Origin: an uncultured Methanoregulaceae archaeon | GTDB lineage: Archaea > Halobacteriota > Methanomicrobia > Methanomicrobiales > Methanospirillaceae | Reading direction: 5' to 3' | NCBI GenBank assembly: GCA_963717525.1 | Contig: OY970343.1 | Span: 736,001-800,000 of the forward strand | DNA length: 64,000 bases | Shown: positions 53,533 through 63,627 of the stretch, in pieces | How positions within the stretch are numbered: position 1 is the stretch's first letter | Layout of the letters: each line of letters opens with the position of its first letter | Notes under the pieces: generated by a model | Database searches by the model: none | What the model was told of the DNA's origin: nothing | Seen by the model: the letters and a program-made list of their open reading frames with translations, nothing else | Translations under genes and position numbers: made by a program

Positions 53533-54135
53533 ATCCCGCCCGGGATTTTTTATACTATACGCCGGATTTTTTAAATGGTTCCGGCGAAAAACCGGGATGT
53601 ATCGTTACAACAGGTTCTTTTAACGGAGTATTAATGATTGCCTTTGTCGTTCCGCAAAAAATTGGACCGGGGCGATCCCGCACCCGGAAAAAATGGTTTG
53701 ATTCTGATTCTGCCTGGCAGGTATATACAGAGTCACGACGACACAGCAGGATCTTTGCTCCGGGAACCGACGGAAAATAAGCCCGTGAAACCGTCCGATT
53801 CCATGCGAAACAAATTGGGGGAATTATAGCGCCCTGTTTGCCAAAATACGCCAAAATTTTGCCCCATATCATGCCCATAATCGGGCAATAGCGGCCATCC
53901 GGCAGCCTCTTTTTCCGGGATCGGACGAAAACCCATCCGGGCCTGAGATCGGGCCGTAAAACGCCGATATGCGAACCGTTTATTTCGTCCGTTTGCCAAA
54001 ATACGGCTTATTTAGGCTTGGTTTTAAACGGAGCTCTATACGGGCTCCGATTGGATCCGGAAGGTGCCAATCCGGGCTTAAATCGGGCCCGGATTTGAGG
54101 GAGAGGTAGTGGGTGGTTGACCACGCTCTTGTGCA

Positions 54136-54219
54136 GGGCGATCATTTCCGGGAATTGCCGGATCGTGGACCAAACTTTTCTGAAAATCTTCAGCAGTCTG
54201 AGTTGAAGATTTTCCGGAA
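54136..54219. repeat. Second copy of the approximately 32-bp periodic repeat
   Basis: Ungapped similarity to 30687..30770. Confidence 0.7.
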
Positions 54220-54512
54220 TAATCCATTGTTAACTGTGAATAATGTAAAAACGGAGGAGTATGTGAAAAGAGAAGTTTAACTCTATTATCGTTAATTTTT
54301 TATTAGGTTTTCCTCGACAAACTATTGTTGACTTTTATTCTTTTTATATATATAACGTGTCATTATATAACATGTTGCGTTGTATAATGTTCGGCTAGAT
54401 GCTCTGTGTTTATGCGTTTTATTAATTAAAGTTTCATTGGAACAAGAACGATATTCACATACAATTCTATCCCCTTTTATTGCATCACCATCACCAAAAA
54501 GGGTCTGCGGCA

Positions 54513-55088
54513 TTAATGAATTACCTCTAACTCATCATCACTCTGTAATTCATGAACCGCTTTCATTACAGATTCTAAATCAAATCCTAATGCTACTGCA
54601 ATTTCATCGGGATAGAGTCCATCATCATGCGACTTATAATATTCAAGCACTTGTTGTTTTATCTCAACATATGGCAAATCCCTAATTTCTATACAATGAA
54701 TGGTTACGGGATTCCTCTGGTGTTGCTCTAGCTGAAAAACTTTACCTTCCAAGTCTCTTATTTTTGATTGTAATCCTTTAATTATCTCCGATTCAGTGAT
54801 GGGCTTTTTCTTGGAAAAAGAGCGAGTGAAATCCTTTTTAGAATTTACCATGCTAGATAAAGGTGATTGAATTTGCACATCATACCGAGGATACCCTGCA
54901 GATTCTGAAAAAAATGTTGGATTAACATTCAATAAAGAGACTTTCCATTCTTCAGGTACACTCTTAACGGTCTGATCAAACATATACCCAGACATATGCC
55001 CAGACGTATAAACAGTTCCCGAAAAGGGACTTATCGTCATACCCATTGAAAGGGGTTTAATCGCTGAACATTCAGATTTTGTTGTCAT
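54513..55088 (-). CDS. Hypothetical protein with coiled coil and C-terminal wHTH-like domain
   Basis: LQSKIRDLEGKVFQLE, then VLEYYK..YPDEIAVALGFDLESVMKAVHEL. ATGA-coupled to the upstream gene. Confidence 0.65.
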   Translation of the reverse strand: MTTKSECSAIKPLSMGMTISPFSGTVYTSGHMSGYMFDQTVKSVPEEWKVSLLNVNPTFFSESAGYPRYDVQIQSPLSSMVNSKKDFTRSFSKKKPITESEIIKGLQSKIRDLEGKVFQLEQHQRNPVTIHCIEIRDLPYVEIKQQVLEYYKSHDDGLYPDEIAVALGFDLESVMKAVHELQSDDELEVIH

Positions 55089-55369
55089 GTTTTCGGTTGA
55101 ATTTGTATTTCCCCATAGGCTTTCTCATATGCAATTATTTGATCCCGAATCAATAATGATAACATTTTAGCTGATTGAGGACTCATAATAATATGTCCAA
55201 TATATCGAAATCTGGGATCTTCATTTTCTTCATGAGGTAGTTGAACAGAATGTTCTAAACTAAAGGTAGTTGCACAATATGACATCCGAAAAACATCGGA
55301 ATAGACCAAATTGAATGGATCTTCATCATATGAAATGATAGGTATAGGAACAGCTGGGGGTTCTGGCAT
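55085..55369 (-). CDS. DUF3467-like protein
   Basis: YSDVF..IIMSPQSAK.L..LI...I.AYEKAYGEI pattern. Confidence 0.7.
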   Translation of the reverse strand: MPEPPAVPIPIISYDEDPFNLVYSDVFRMSYCATTFSLEHSVQLPHEENEDPRFRYIGHIIMSPQSAKMLSLLIRDQIIAYEKAYGEIQIQPKT

Positions 55370-55405
55370 ATAGGTTTAATTAAATTTTTAAAACTAAAAG
55401 CTTTC

Positions 55406-56365
55406 TTAGTTGAAATCTAGATGCGATGCACCTAATACCGGTCTCTCCTCCATATGACCCATAGGTGCATCCCCGCCAAGCCTCTTCCATACCTTGATAT
55501 TCACATCATACGATGGCGCCTGATACATCACGGTGGGGTCATTCCTCTTTTTACCGGATATAACCGTCTCGATGTGGCAGTATCCCCGCGTCGATTCATG
55601 CGGGTTCATTATCTTTGAGAGTGCCCGGGAGGGTTGGAAGGCTCTCACCCGGTGCCCGACACCCCCAAGCAATACCGGACGGGGAGACAACCAAAGACAG
55701 GTATTAAAAACCACGTCGTATTTAGACCATTCCGCAAGCGCCCCGACACTCGTTTTCCCCACGTAGGACATCGGATAGGCAATAAACGATTTAATGTCCC
55801 GGAAATCGTGAGGCTCTTTTACCTTTATCTTTATTCCGTGTTCAGCGGAGCCCATGCCGAGGTTGTTATTCCAATGGTTTTCCAGTATCCCCACGGTCTT
55901 GTCGGTGGGGCATTCATTGAGAAAATATAGGTTATGTGCGTGAACGTATCCCGATTCCGGATGGCCTTCCAGCATCGCCAGATAGAGGTCGGTTTTGAGG
56001 TATTTCCGCAGCAGGTCTTTGGCCTTATGGTGTGCCTCATGGAATTTCCCCAGGTATGCCATGTGACGAAGTCCACCCTTCTGCGGGGTCTTCGGTGAGG
56101 CATGGGAGCCCGTGAGTGTTACCATCACCGGCTCGAATTCCAATTCAGAGCCGATGCAGATTACCTGCCCACCCTGTAGTGTATCCTTGAGGAAGTCTAT
56201 GAGAGAAGTTCTGTGCATAATATCGAGGTGGGAAAATGGACTGTCCAGGATGAGCGGCACCTGACATTTTGTAGATTTTCTTATTCCTGCCAGAAGCGAC
56301 AGCCAAAGAACAATCCGGTCTCCTCTCGACAAGGTAGGCAAAAAATCGTAATTATCGCGTTTCAA
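55406..56365 (-). pseudogene. Chimera of an SMC/DndD-like ATPase C-terminal fragment and an HUH rolling-circle Rep core
   Basis: LSRGD and PLILDSPFSHLD (ABC signature, Walker B, D-loop), then MVTLTG (motif I), EGHPESGYVHAHNL (motif II) and YPMSYVGK (motif III). Confidence 0.65.
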
Positions 56366-56506
56366 ATGAAAGATCCCATTCTCATCAAATTCAATCGAAA
56401 AGTCAGAATCTGTATATTTTCCCTTGAGGGCGGGTCGGGAATCAATATTTTACTATTTTAAAATTATCCAGTCAACCATACATGCGAAAGCACAAGGTAG
56501 TAAATT

Positions 56507-57382
56507 TTAAACTCGCTTTTCCATTCCTGTATCTGTAATCAGGTTCTCAAAGTCTATTGCCGTAGAACTTGAGGTGCATTCTTTTCCGTGGTCCTGTACT
56601 ACGTCCAGCATTTTCTTAAGCATAGTCGGGTAGATTGCACCGACCATTTCGAAGACTGGTTTTCCACTACAAAAAATTTTAAATGTTGGTGTCTGCCTGA
56701 TCCCATAACGCTCGATAATAGACATATTTGTGAGCACATTGAGGTGTCCGAATAAAATCGTCTCATGAAATTCCTTGGCATAGTTCACAACATATGGTTC
56801 AATTTGCCGACAGAAGGGGCATGATGGTGAATAGAACATAACTACGATAGGTCTAGTCTGTTTTTCGATAGTTTCATCCCATAGGATATCTGTCAGTTCA
56901 ACCAAAAGATCTTGGTTTTGAGGGAGGTTCGTATTTTCCTGCTTTAACGGTTCTATATTCAGTGATGCCGGGGCATTTCCGAACTTCGCATCGATCCACC
57001 GGGTGATCTCATCCCTCACGCGGCGGAACCCGGCCCAGATCTCTTCATCCGACCCGGTGAATGCAGCGGGATCTGAAAAACCTTGGTGAATTTCTTCTTT
57101 GGCACCCGGGAAGAACGGGCAGGTGGCCTTTGCCGAATCGCAGACCGTGACGACAATATCAATGTCGGTACTATAGAACTCATCAATAAGTTTCGACCGG
57201 TGCCCGGAAATATCAATCCCGATCTCTTTCATCACCACAATTGCCTTCGGATGGACCTGACCTTTTTCTATCCCGCCACTGAATACTTCATACTGGTCAC
57301 CGTACTTTGCCCTCATATACCCCTCCGCCATCTGGGAGCGGATAGCGTTGTGGGTGCAGATAAACAGGATCTTCTTTTTCAT
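56507..57382 (-). CDS. arsC: Arsenate reductase (LMW-PTP type) fused to a thioredoxin domain
   Basis: CTHNAIRSQMAEG, CDSAKATCP, DPA; then FYSPSCPFC..YGIRQTPTF. Confidence 0.88.
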   Translation of the reverse strand: MKKKILFICTHNAIRSQMAEGYMRAKYGDQYEVFSGGIEKGQVHPKAIVVMKEIGIDISGHRSKLIDEFYSTDIDIVVTVCDSAKATCPFFPGAKEEIHQGFSDPAAFTGSDEEIWAGFRRVRDEITRWIDAKFGNAPASLNIEPLKQENTNLPQNQDLLVELTDILWDETIEKQTRPIVVMFYSPSCPFCRQIEPYVVNYAKEFHETILFGHLNVLTNMSIIERYGIRQTPTFKIFCSGKPVFEMVGAIYPTMLKKMLDVVQDHGKECTSSSTAIDFENLITDTGMEKRV

Positions 57383-57491
57383 GATACCAAAATCCCTTTT
57401 TATCGTAGCGATGGGCTGTTGCATCTTCGGTTGGAAGTGGCTTTTTCACCTCGGATAAATTTCCATATAAACCGCAGACGCAATAGAATCG

Positions 57492-58001
57492 TTAATTCAT
57501 CTTCTCTTTCCTTTTCATCAGCACTGACTTGACTACTTCAGGATGTCCTTTAGGAGAGACCTTTCGCCAGACATCGGTAATCAATCCTTCCGGGTTGATC
57601 AGGAACGTGTCCCTTGACGTACCCAACACTTCTTTACCGAACAGCGTCGTTGGTTTCCAGGAGTCATAAGCGGTGAGTACCTTGTGATCGGGGTCGCTCA
57701 GAAGAAGGATAGTGAGACTGTATTTATCGGCAAATTTCTGGTGGCTTTCCTGCGAATCAGTGCTCACACCGATGACCTGTGCCCCAAGATCTGCGAATTT
57801 CTCAAGTGCCGCGTTGAACTGCATCGCTTCTATAGTACACCCCGGGGTGTTGTCTCTTGGATAAAAATACAGGACCACCCATTTTCCCCGGAATGTATTA
57901 AGACAGACTGAAGTTCCCTGTGCATCCGGAAGACAGAAATCCGGTGCCGGTTTCCCGACAAATGGGTCTTCTTTCAATTCAGACATACCAATCAAAACCA
58001 T
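57492..58001 (-). CDS. bcp: Peroxiredoxin, BCP type
   Basis: VLYFYPRDNTPGCT.EA, LLSD, R.TFLINPEG. Confidence 0.9.
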   Translation of the reverse strand: MVLIGMSELKEDPFVGKPAPDFCLPDAQGTSVCLNTFRGKWVVLYFYPRDNTPGCTIEAMQFNAALEKFADLGAQVIGVSTDSQESHQKFADKYSLTILLLSDPDHKVLTAYDSWKPTTLFGKEVLGTSRDTFLINPEGLITDVWRKVSPKGHPEVVKSVLMKRKEKMN

Positions 58002-58354
58002 GATTGTTACCGATAGTATTAAAGATGCGTTTGATGCGTATACGGTTGACTGTTAATAAATCACTCCGTAGAAAATATCTTGCAGGAAGGGGTGCAGGGT
58101 GTCATACAGAAATGAGAGTGCTTTTTTCCCATCCGTCTGATAAACGATGGTCTCATCCCCCCGGTCGCATGCTTCGGCTAGTTGAACCATGGTGCTCAAC
58201 ACATGCAAGATCGACCTGATCAGCGAACATGACACGACGCACCCAGCATTTTTTCCTTCAATCATAACTATTGTTATAGTAATTGCATATGAGTGATATT
58301 CTGCCAAGAAAAAAAAAGCAATTGAGGATCATCGTTGCCATTTTCCCGGGGCGC

Positions 58355-58735
58355 TTATGTGGCCGGGTGACTTAGAGCCTTCCTGACAAGATCGAGCAGT
58401 TCCGAGTCAACGAATGGTTTAATGAGAACCCCATCTGGTGCAACATCCCGCATTCGTGCAAGCATCTTCTCTGAAGTATAAGCCGTTACAAAAATCAGGG
58501 GAATCGACCAGTGCTGCCGGATCTTTCGGGCAGTCTCGATTCCGTCAATTGAACCCGCAAGGCCAATATCCATGAGGATGAGATCGGGCAGCGGAGACTT
58601 TTGAAACGCCTTAAGTGCCATTTCTCCGGAATACGCCGGGTCGACGACCCGGTATCCCACATTTTCCAATATCTCGGTTAGATGAAGAGTGATCAGACCT
58701 TCGTCTTCCACTATCAGGACGATTTCGCCGGTCAT
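58355..58735 (-). CDS. Single-domain response regulator
   Basis: LIVEDE, PDLILMDI.L.G.IDG, IFVTAY, KPF. Confidence 0.9.
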   Translation of the reverse strand: MTGEIVLIVEDEGLITLHLTEILENVGYRVVDPAYSGEMALKAFQKSPLPDLILMDIGLAGSIDGIETARKIRQHWSIPLIFVTAYTSEKMLARMRDVAPDGVLIKPFVDSELLDLVRKALSHPAT

Positions 58736-58876
58736 ATGTAAGTGATTCTTTACATTATGCAGCCGGATGATAAACACCATACATTTGTCTGCCGGTGGTT
58801 CTGGTGCGGTAGCAAGACTCAAAGAAAACGCCGCCCTCGTCGTAGATATCTGACTAGTATTTAACGAGTCTCGAAG

Positions 58877-59160
58877 ATGCACCAGGACCTGCCGCTTTGC
58901 AATTCCAGCAAAGGCGCCAAGCGGCTATATGAATGGAAAGGCCTTCAAGAAAAAGATGCGATTCCAAGAATTGCGGAAGGGAAGTACCTCAAACTGCTCT
59001 ACGATCTTCATGAACAACGAGGGACGCTCAACGTTGACAAGAATGAACTTGGAAGGAGGATGTGTCCGGATTGCGACCTGCGGGAGCGATGCGAGGAGGA
59101 GAGAACGGTAGAGAAATTGTCAGTATATGTTTGGAAGGGGGGTTTCACTGAAAGGAGAGA
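58877..59160 (+). pseudogene. Possible 5'-truncated HNH/Zn-binding protein fragment
   Basis: CNSSKG resembles the C-terminal HNH segment, and CPDC..C follows. No upstream half is visible. Confidence 0.35.
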
Positions 59161-59411
59161 CGGTCTGTTGCATCTATGTTTGGTAACGGATTTTTCACTT
59201 CGGAAGGATTTGCATATCAACCGCAGATGCAACAGAACCCCCTCCAGATCCCATTCTCATGGATATTCTTGTCGGTAGGTCGATATTCATTGTTTGCTTC
59301 GTACAGGCTAAAGTTCGATGAAACCTCTCTATGTTTTCGAAAATATTAAAAACATTGAAATTAATCGTAACTTAAAATTTTAAAATTCCCTTAGTGGAGA
59401 GCTGAACAGAA

Positions 59412-62036
59412 TTGGCAAAATCCGACACGATACAACAACCGGCCGCCTTTTCGGATGATGATCAGCATAAAAAACCGATGTTTACCGGAATAACCATCAT
59501 TCCCGGCGCCGTTTCCTGTTTTCTCGGTCTTTTAGGACTCGTCGGTATGTATTTTGGCATTGCTGTATTCCGCAGTATTTTCCCGGGCTATCAGACGATG
59601 GCGTTTAGTACGAGCGTACTTCTGATCCTCTTCGGATTGATCCTGGCAGCCGGTTCGATTCGGCCATTCAAGCCCCGAACGAGTCTCGGGATTCAGATTG
59701 CCATGATATTTATTGTCGTAATTGAGGTAATCGAGCTGCCCCTTAATATCCGAGGCGATCATTTTATCTTCGAATCGCAACTGGTTGGAATCGGGAATGC
59801 CATTGCTGGACAGCCCACGTCCCCTATCTCTCCGTTTACCCTAATCTTGGTAATTCTTTCCTCTGCCGCACTTTTCCTTCTTATGGCAGGGTTGACCTCG
59901 CTCAGGGATACACGAGCCCGGGATATCGCCGGGGTTCTCGGGCTGATCGTTGCGCTAACCGGTTTCACGGTTATACTCAGCTATCTCTATGGAGCTCCCC
60001 TCACGTATGGGGCCGGACTTATCCCGGTTGCAGCCCCGACCGCGCTCGCGTTCCTCGCTGTGGGAATTGGCGTTGTTACCGGTGCTGGTCAGAAGGCGAT
60101 GCCTCTTCGGTATTTCTCCGGGGACTCGATCCGGGTGCTTCTCCTCCGCACATTCCTTCCGCTTACAATCGTTGTAATTCTTGCCGGAACAGGCATAGAA
60201 ATCACCCTTCGTTTTTTCAGTGGTCCGTTCACTGCGGTTCTCACTGGAGCAAGTATCGTCATCTTTTGCCTTATCACGGGTCTGGTCGTCTATCGGGTTT
60301 CCGGCTATGTCGGGAACGTTATTGAAACTGCCCGCCGGGAACAAAGGAAGGCAGAAGAAGATCTCAGGATAAAAAATACCGAACTCGAAGCTGCTTTTGA
60401 AGAGATAACGGCAACAGAAGAGGAACTCAGGCAAAATTATGATGAATTAATAAAGAGTCAGCGTGAGCAGCAACAAGCAGAGGAAGAGATCAAACGCGCA
60501 AACGCGTATAACCGGAGCCTCATCGAAGCAAGTCTCGATCCGCTTGTCACCATCAACCTCGACGGCACTATCAATGATGTAAACGAGGCAACAATCAACG
60601 TTACCGGATTGAGCCGCGAAGGGCTTATCGGTACCGATTTCTCGAACTATTTCACTGAGCCTGAAAAGGCGAAGGCCGGGTACAAGACCGTGTTCCGCGA
60701 CGGGTCTGTGAGAGATTACGAGCTCCGGATTCGAAACCGGAACGGGAAAGTTATCCCGGTTCTCTACAACGCAACCATCTACCAGGATAGCGAGGGGGAG
60801 GTCACCGGGGTCTTTGCCGCTGCACGCGATATTACCGAAAAGAAGAGGGCCGAAGAGGCCCTCCAGAAGGCTCACGACGAGCTCGAAGAGCGGGTAGAAC
60901 AGCGGACCGAAGAACTGAGGCAAAGGAATGAGGAACTGGGCGCGGTCAATGAAGAACTCACTGCCACCCAGGAAGAACTGCGTAAAACAAATGAAACGCT
61001 GTCCGGAAGTGAGGAGCGGTACCGGACCCGGTTCAACGCATTGATTGAAGGGTTCTGCGTTATCGAGATGGTTTTCGATGAGGCTGGAAGACCTGTCGAT
61101 TACCGTTTCCTGGAGATCAACGAGGCTTTTGAAGCGCAAACCGGTTTGCATGATGCGCAGGGGAAGCTGATGCGTGATCTGGCTCCAGATCACGAACAAC
61201 ACTGGTTCGAAATTTACGGAAAAATCGCGGTAACCGGAGAACCGGCACATTTCGAGAATGAAGCGCGAGCATTGAACCGGTGGTATGAAGTACGCGCCTT
61301 CAGGATTGGTGGGCCGGACAGCCGTAAGGTTGCTATTTGTTTCAACGATATTACGGAACGCAAGAAGGCTGAAGAGTCTCTAAAGGAAGCCCTCACAGAA
61401 AAAGAGGTACTGTTAAGCGAAATTCACCACCGGGTCAAGAACAACCTGACAGCGTTCATCTCGCTTCTGAGTCTTGATGGTTCGTATGAGGACACAGAAA
61501 GCGGGCGTGCTCTACGTAAAGACCTCCAAAACCGGGCACGGAGCATGGCCCTTATTCATGAAACCCTGTACCGGACCGGGAATTTTTCAAACGTTGATAT
61601 GGAAGTATATCTGAAGAATCTTGTCAGCCAGGTCGCCAGTTCTTATAGAGAAAGTGAGAGGATCCGTACTGTTGTAGATGTTCATGGTATACCCCTCGAT
61701 ATATCCCGGGCAACCACCGCCGGCTTGATCATCAATGAACTGGTGACCAATTCATTCAAGTACGCATTCCCGCCAGGGTTTGATTGCATAGTGGTTCGGG
61801 GAGAACCCTGTACGATCTGGGTCTCGCTTTCCCACGAGAATGGGACGGACATGCTGACGGTGGCTGATAACGGGTGCGGATTACCGGAAGGGTTCGATCC
61901 CTTTACAACGAAATCGCTTGGCTTAAAACTAGTGAATTTCCTCGCCCGCCACCAGCTCCGGGCTGATATCGAAGTCCGGATGGATAAAGGAACTGAGTTT
62001 ACTTTCCGTTTGAAAAATACCGGGGATTACGCATGA
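59412..62036 (+). CDS. Membrane-bound PAS-domain sensor histidine kinase (HisKA_2 type)
   Basis: About 7 TM segments, coiled coils, two PAS/PAC, EIHHRVKNNL, NELVTNSFKYAF, DNG.G, SLGL. Confidence 0.92.
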   Translation: MAKSDTIQQPAAFSDDDQHKKPMFTGITIIPGAVSCFLGLLGLVGMYFGIAVFRSIFPGYQTMAFSTSVLLILFGLILAAGSIRPFKPRTSLGIQIAMIFIVVIEVIELPLNIRGDHFIFESQLVGIGNAIAGQPTSPISPFTLILVILSSAALFLLMAGLTSLRDTRARDIAGVLGLIVALTGFTVILSYLYGAPLTYGAGLIPVAAPTALAFLAVGIGVVTGAGQKAMPLRYFSGDSIRVLLLRTFLPLTIVVILAGTGIEITLRFFSGPFTAVLTGASIVIFCLITGLVVYRVSGYVGNVIETARREQRKAEEDLRIKNTELEAAFEEITATEEELRQNYDELIKSQREQQQAEEEIKRANAYNRSLIEASLDPLVTINLDGTINDVNEATINVTGLSREGLIGTDFSNYFTEPEKAKAGYKTVFRDGSVRDYELRIRNRNGKVIPVLYNATIYQDSEGEVTGVFAAARDITEKKRAEEALQKAHDELEERVEQRTEELRQRNEELGAVNEELTATQEELRKTNETLSGSEERYRTRFNALIEGFCVIEMVFDEAGRPVDYRFLEINEAFEAQTGLHDAQGKLMRDLAPDHEQHWFEIYGKIAVTGEPAHFENEARALNRWYEVRAFRIGGPDSRKVAICFNDITERKKAEESLKEALTEKEVLLSEIHHRVKNNLTAFISLLSLDGSYEDTESGRALRKDLQNRARSMALIHETLYRTGNFSNVDMEVYLKNLVSQVASSYRESERIRTVVDVHGIPLDISRATTAGLIINELVTNSFKYAFPPGFDCIVVRGEPCTIWVSLSHENGTDMLTVADNGCGLPEGFDPFTTKSLGLKLVNFLARHQLRADIEVRMDKGTEFTFRLKNTGDYA

Positions 62037-62078
62037 CCGGGGAAACTATCCTGATAGTAGAGGATGAATGCCTAATCG
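62033..62078 (+). pseudogene. Truncated response regulator
   Basis: ATGA-coupled to the kinase. Reads MTGETILIVEDECLI (compare MTGEIVLIVEDEGLI at 58735) and breaks at an inverted-repeat element. Confidence 0.75.
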
Positions 62079-62158
62079 GGTTCTGTTAACTTGGTGAGGG
62101 ATCGGATATTTTATCAGGTGTTGGAAAATCGATAATCCCTCAACAAGTTAACAGAGCC
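62079..62158. mobile_element. 80-bp MITE-like element
   Basis: 24-bp terminal inverted repeats, 22/24 matching: GGTTCTGTTAACTTGGTGAGGGAT / ATCCCTCAACAAGTTAACAGAGCC. Confidence 0.75.
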
Positions 62159-62253
62159 ATTACAATCATTATCGCTGTGAAATTCAATTACGATTGGAAA
62201 GAGATAGAAAACATATTTGAAAAATAAGTGGTGCGATCGTAAAAAAGACTTGA

Positions 62254-62338
62254 TGCGAGGGATGGGATTCGAACCCAAGAACTCCTACGAGACTAGGCCC
62301 TCAACCTAGCGCCTTTGACCTGGCTTGGCTACCCTCGC
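62254..62338 (-). tRNA. tRNA-Leu(GAG)
   Basis: GCGAGGG/CCCTCGC, CTAGG-TTGAGGG-CCTAG, long variable arm, TGGG-TTCGAAT-CCCA. Confidence 0.95.
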
Positions 62339-62605
62339 CCGATAAGAATTACTGCACCGCGACTGCCGCCGGAGGACCCGGCCTGCCTCGCCCTCTGTGC
62401 CATAACAAAAAGGTTGTCTATCTAAAAGAATGTTATGGCCGATTTATCCCCATTTACGTCAGGAAAGGTAGTTTAGGATCACCTGAACGACCGGAATTTC
62501 CGTTGCGGCAGGAAAACGGGAATGCCCTTACCCATTCTTTTGTATACCCTGATGGTGAATATGAAGCATACATGTATATTTTCCTACGTTATACCCGTTG
62601 AACAT

Positions 62606-63106
62606 ATGTGGTCTGACATTATCCACGAATTTGCCGACTCGCCCTCTCAGGGCCGCGTGGTCCGGTTCCTCCTCGAAAACGGATTTGGCGTCAATGACGA
62701 GGGGCGGATCTGCTGCAACGGCATCGAGATCCCGGCCACCTCCGTTGCAAAAGCGATCGGTTCGGACCGCCGCGTCGTTGATTCCACCGCAAGGCGTATC
62801 CTTGAACGGCCGTTCCTGCGCGAGATCTTCCTCAACATGCGGGCGACCCCGGACCTGAGCCGGGTTGCAGAATCCCTGGGCCTCTCGGTTATTGTCGTCA
62901 TGCCGAAGGATGCAAGCGAGCGCGGGATTGTCAGTGCTGCGGTCCGGGTGCTTGCAAAACATTCGCTTTCGATCCGGCAGATCTTTGTCACCGATCCCCA
63001 GTTCTCCGAGGATCCGAAGCTGGTGATAATCGTTGAAGACCCGCTGCCCGCCGGCGTGGTAAACGAGATACGTGCCCTCCCGCAGGTACGGCAGGTCATT
63101 ATATAA
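62606..63106 (+). CDS. ACT-domain regulator-like protein
   Basis: N-terminal HTH-like segment (SVAKAIGSDRRVV) and C-terminal ACT (GIVSAAVRVLAKHSLSIRQ). Confidence 0.85.
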   Translation: MWSDIIHEFADSPSQGRVVRFLLENGFGVNDEGRICCNGIEIPATSVAKAIGSDRRVVDSTARRILERPFLREIFLNMRATPDLSRVAESLGLSVIVVMPKDASERGIVSAAVRVLAKHSLSIRQIFVTDPQFSEDPKLVIIVEDPLPAGVVNEIRALPQVRQVII

Positions 63107-63129
63107 TATCTCAAAATAGCGGGATGTGC

Positions 63130-63627
63130 TTACTGGGTAAGCAGTTCCACTTCGTTTGCTAACCTGTACATCCGTTTCCGGATCTTCTTTGGCAGGTGGA
63201 TGGCGGAGGCAATGCTTTCCTCGATCGTGACACGGGTTGAACCAGCGATCAGGTTGTCCGCGTGAGTGACGATCTTCTCCTCGATGGTCTGCAGCATGCA
63301 GTCGCGGGGAGCAAGCCCCAGAAGCGTGCATTCATCTGCGGTCAGGCCGGCGCCGGTGTGGCACTCCACGATCCGGGCCAGCCGCTCGGGAAAGCCCTTC
63401 CCGCGCAGGAGGTCAGCCCCCCGTTGTGCATGGCCGATCGAGTGCGTGCTCCCGCGGCCGATGTCATGGAGCAGTGCGCCGGCCGTAACCAGATCCTTAT
63501 CGGCAAGCGCAGATCGCCGGGCATACTCGCTGGCACAGGTACAGACGGCCCTGCAGTGGGTAATCACCTTCGGTTTGCACCCGGCTTCCCTGAGAAGTGC
63601 TGTCCAGCGGTCCGGGGTATCAGGCAT
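63130..63627 (-). CDS. HD-domain protein
   Basis: HCRAV, LLHDIG, HTGAG, EEKIV.HAD. Confidence 0.88.
   Translation of the reverse strand: MPDTPDRWTALLREAGCKPKVITHCRAVCTCASEYARRSALADKDLVTAGALLHDIGRGSTHSIGHAQRGADLLRGKGFPERLARIVECHTGAGLTADECTLLGLAPRDCMLQTIEEKIVTHADNLIAGSTRVTIEESIASAIHLPKKIRKRMYRLANEVELLTQ

Noticed and set aside
53533..54100. M-box riboswitch or leader peptide for mgtA
   Set aside because: No recognisable M-box consensus or convincing leader ORF.
58004..58307. Short ORFs between bcp and the response regulator
   Set aside because: No recognisable motif; possibly decayed gene fragments, but I cannot support a call.
53533..62253. attL/attR direct repeat of the tRNA-Leu 3' end
   Set aside because: No convincing duplicate seen in the window, so the island boundaries remain approximate.
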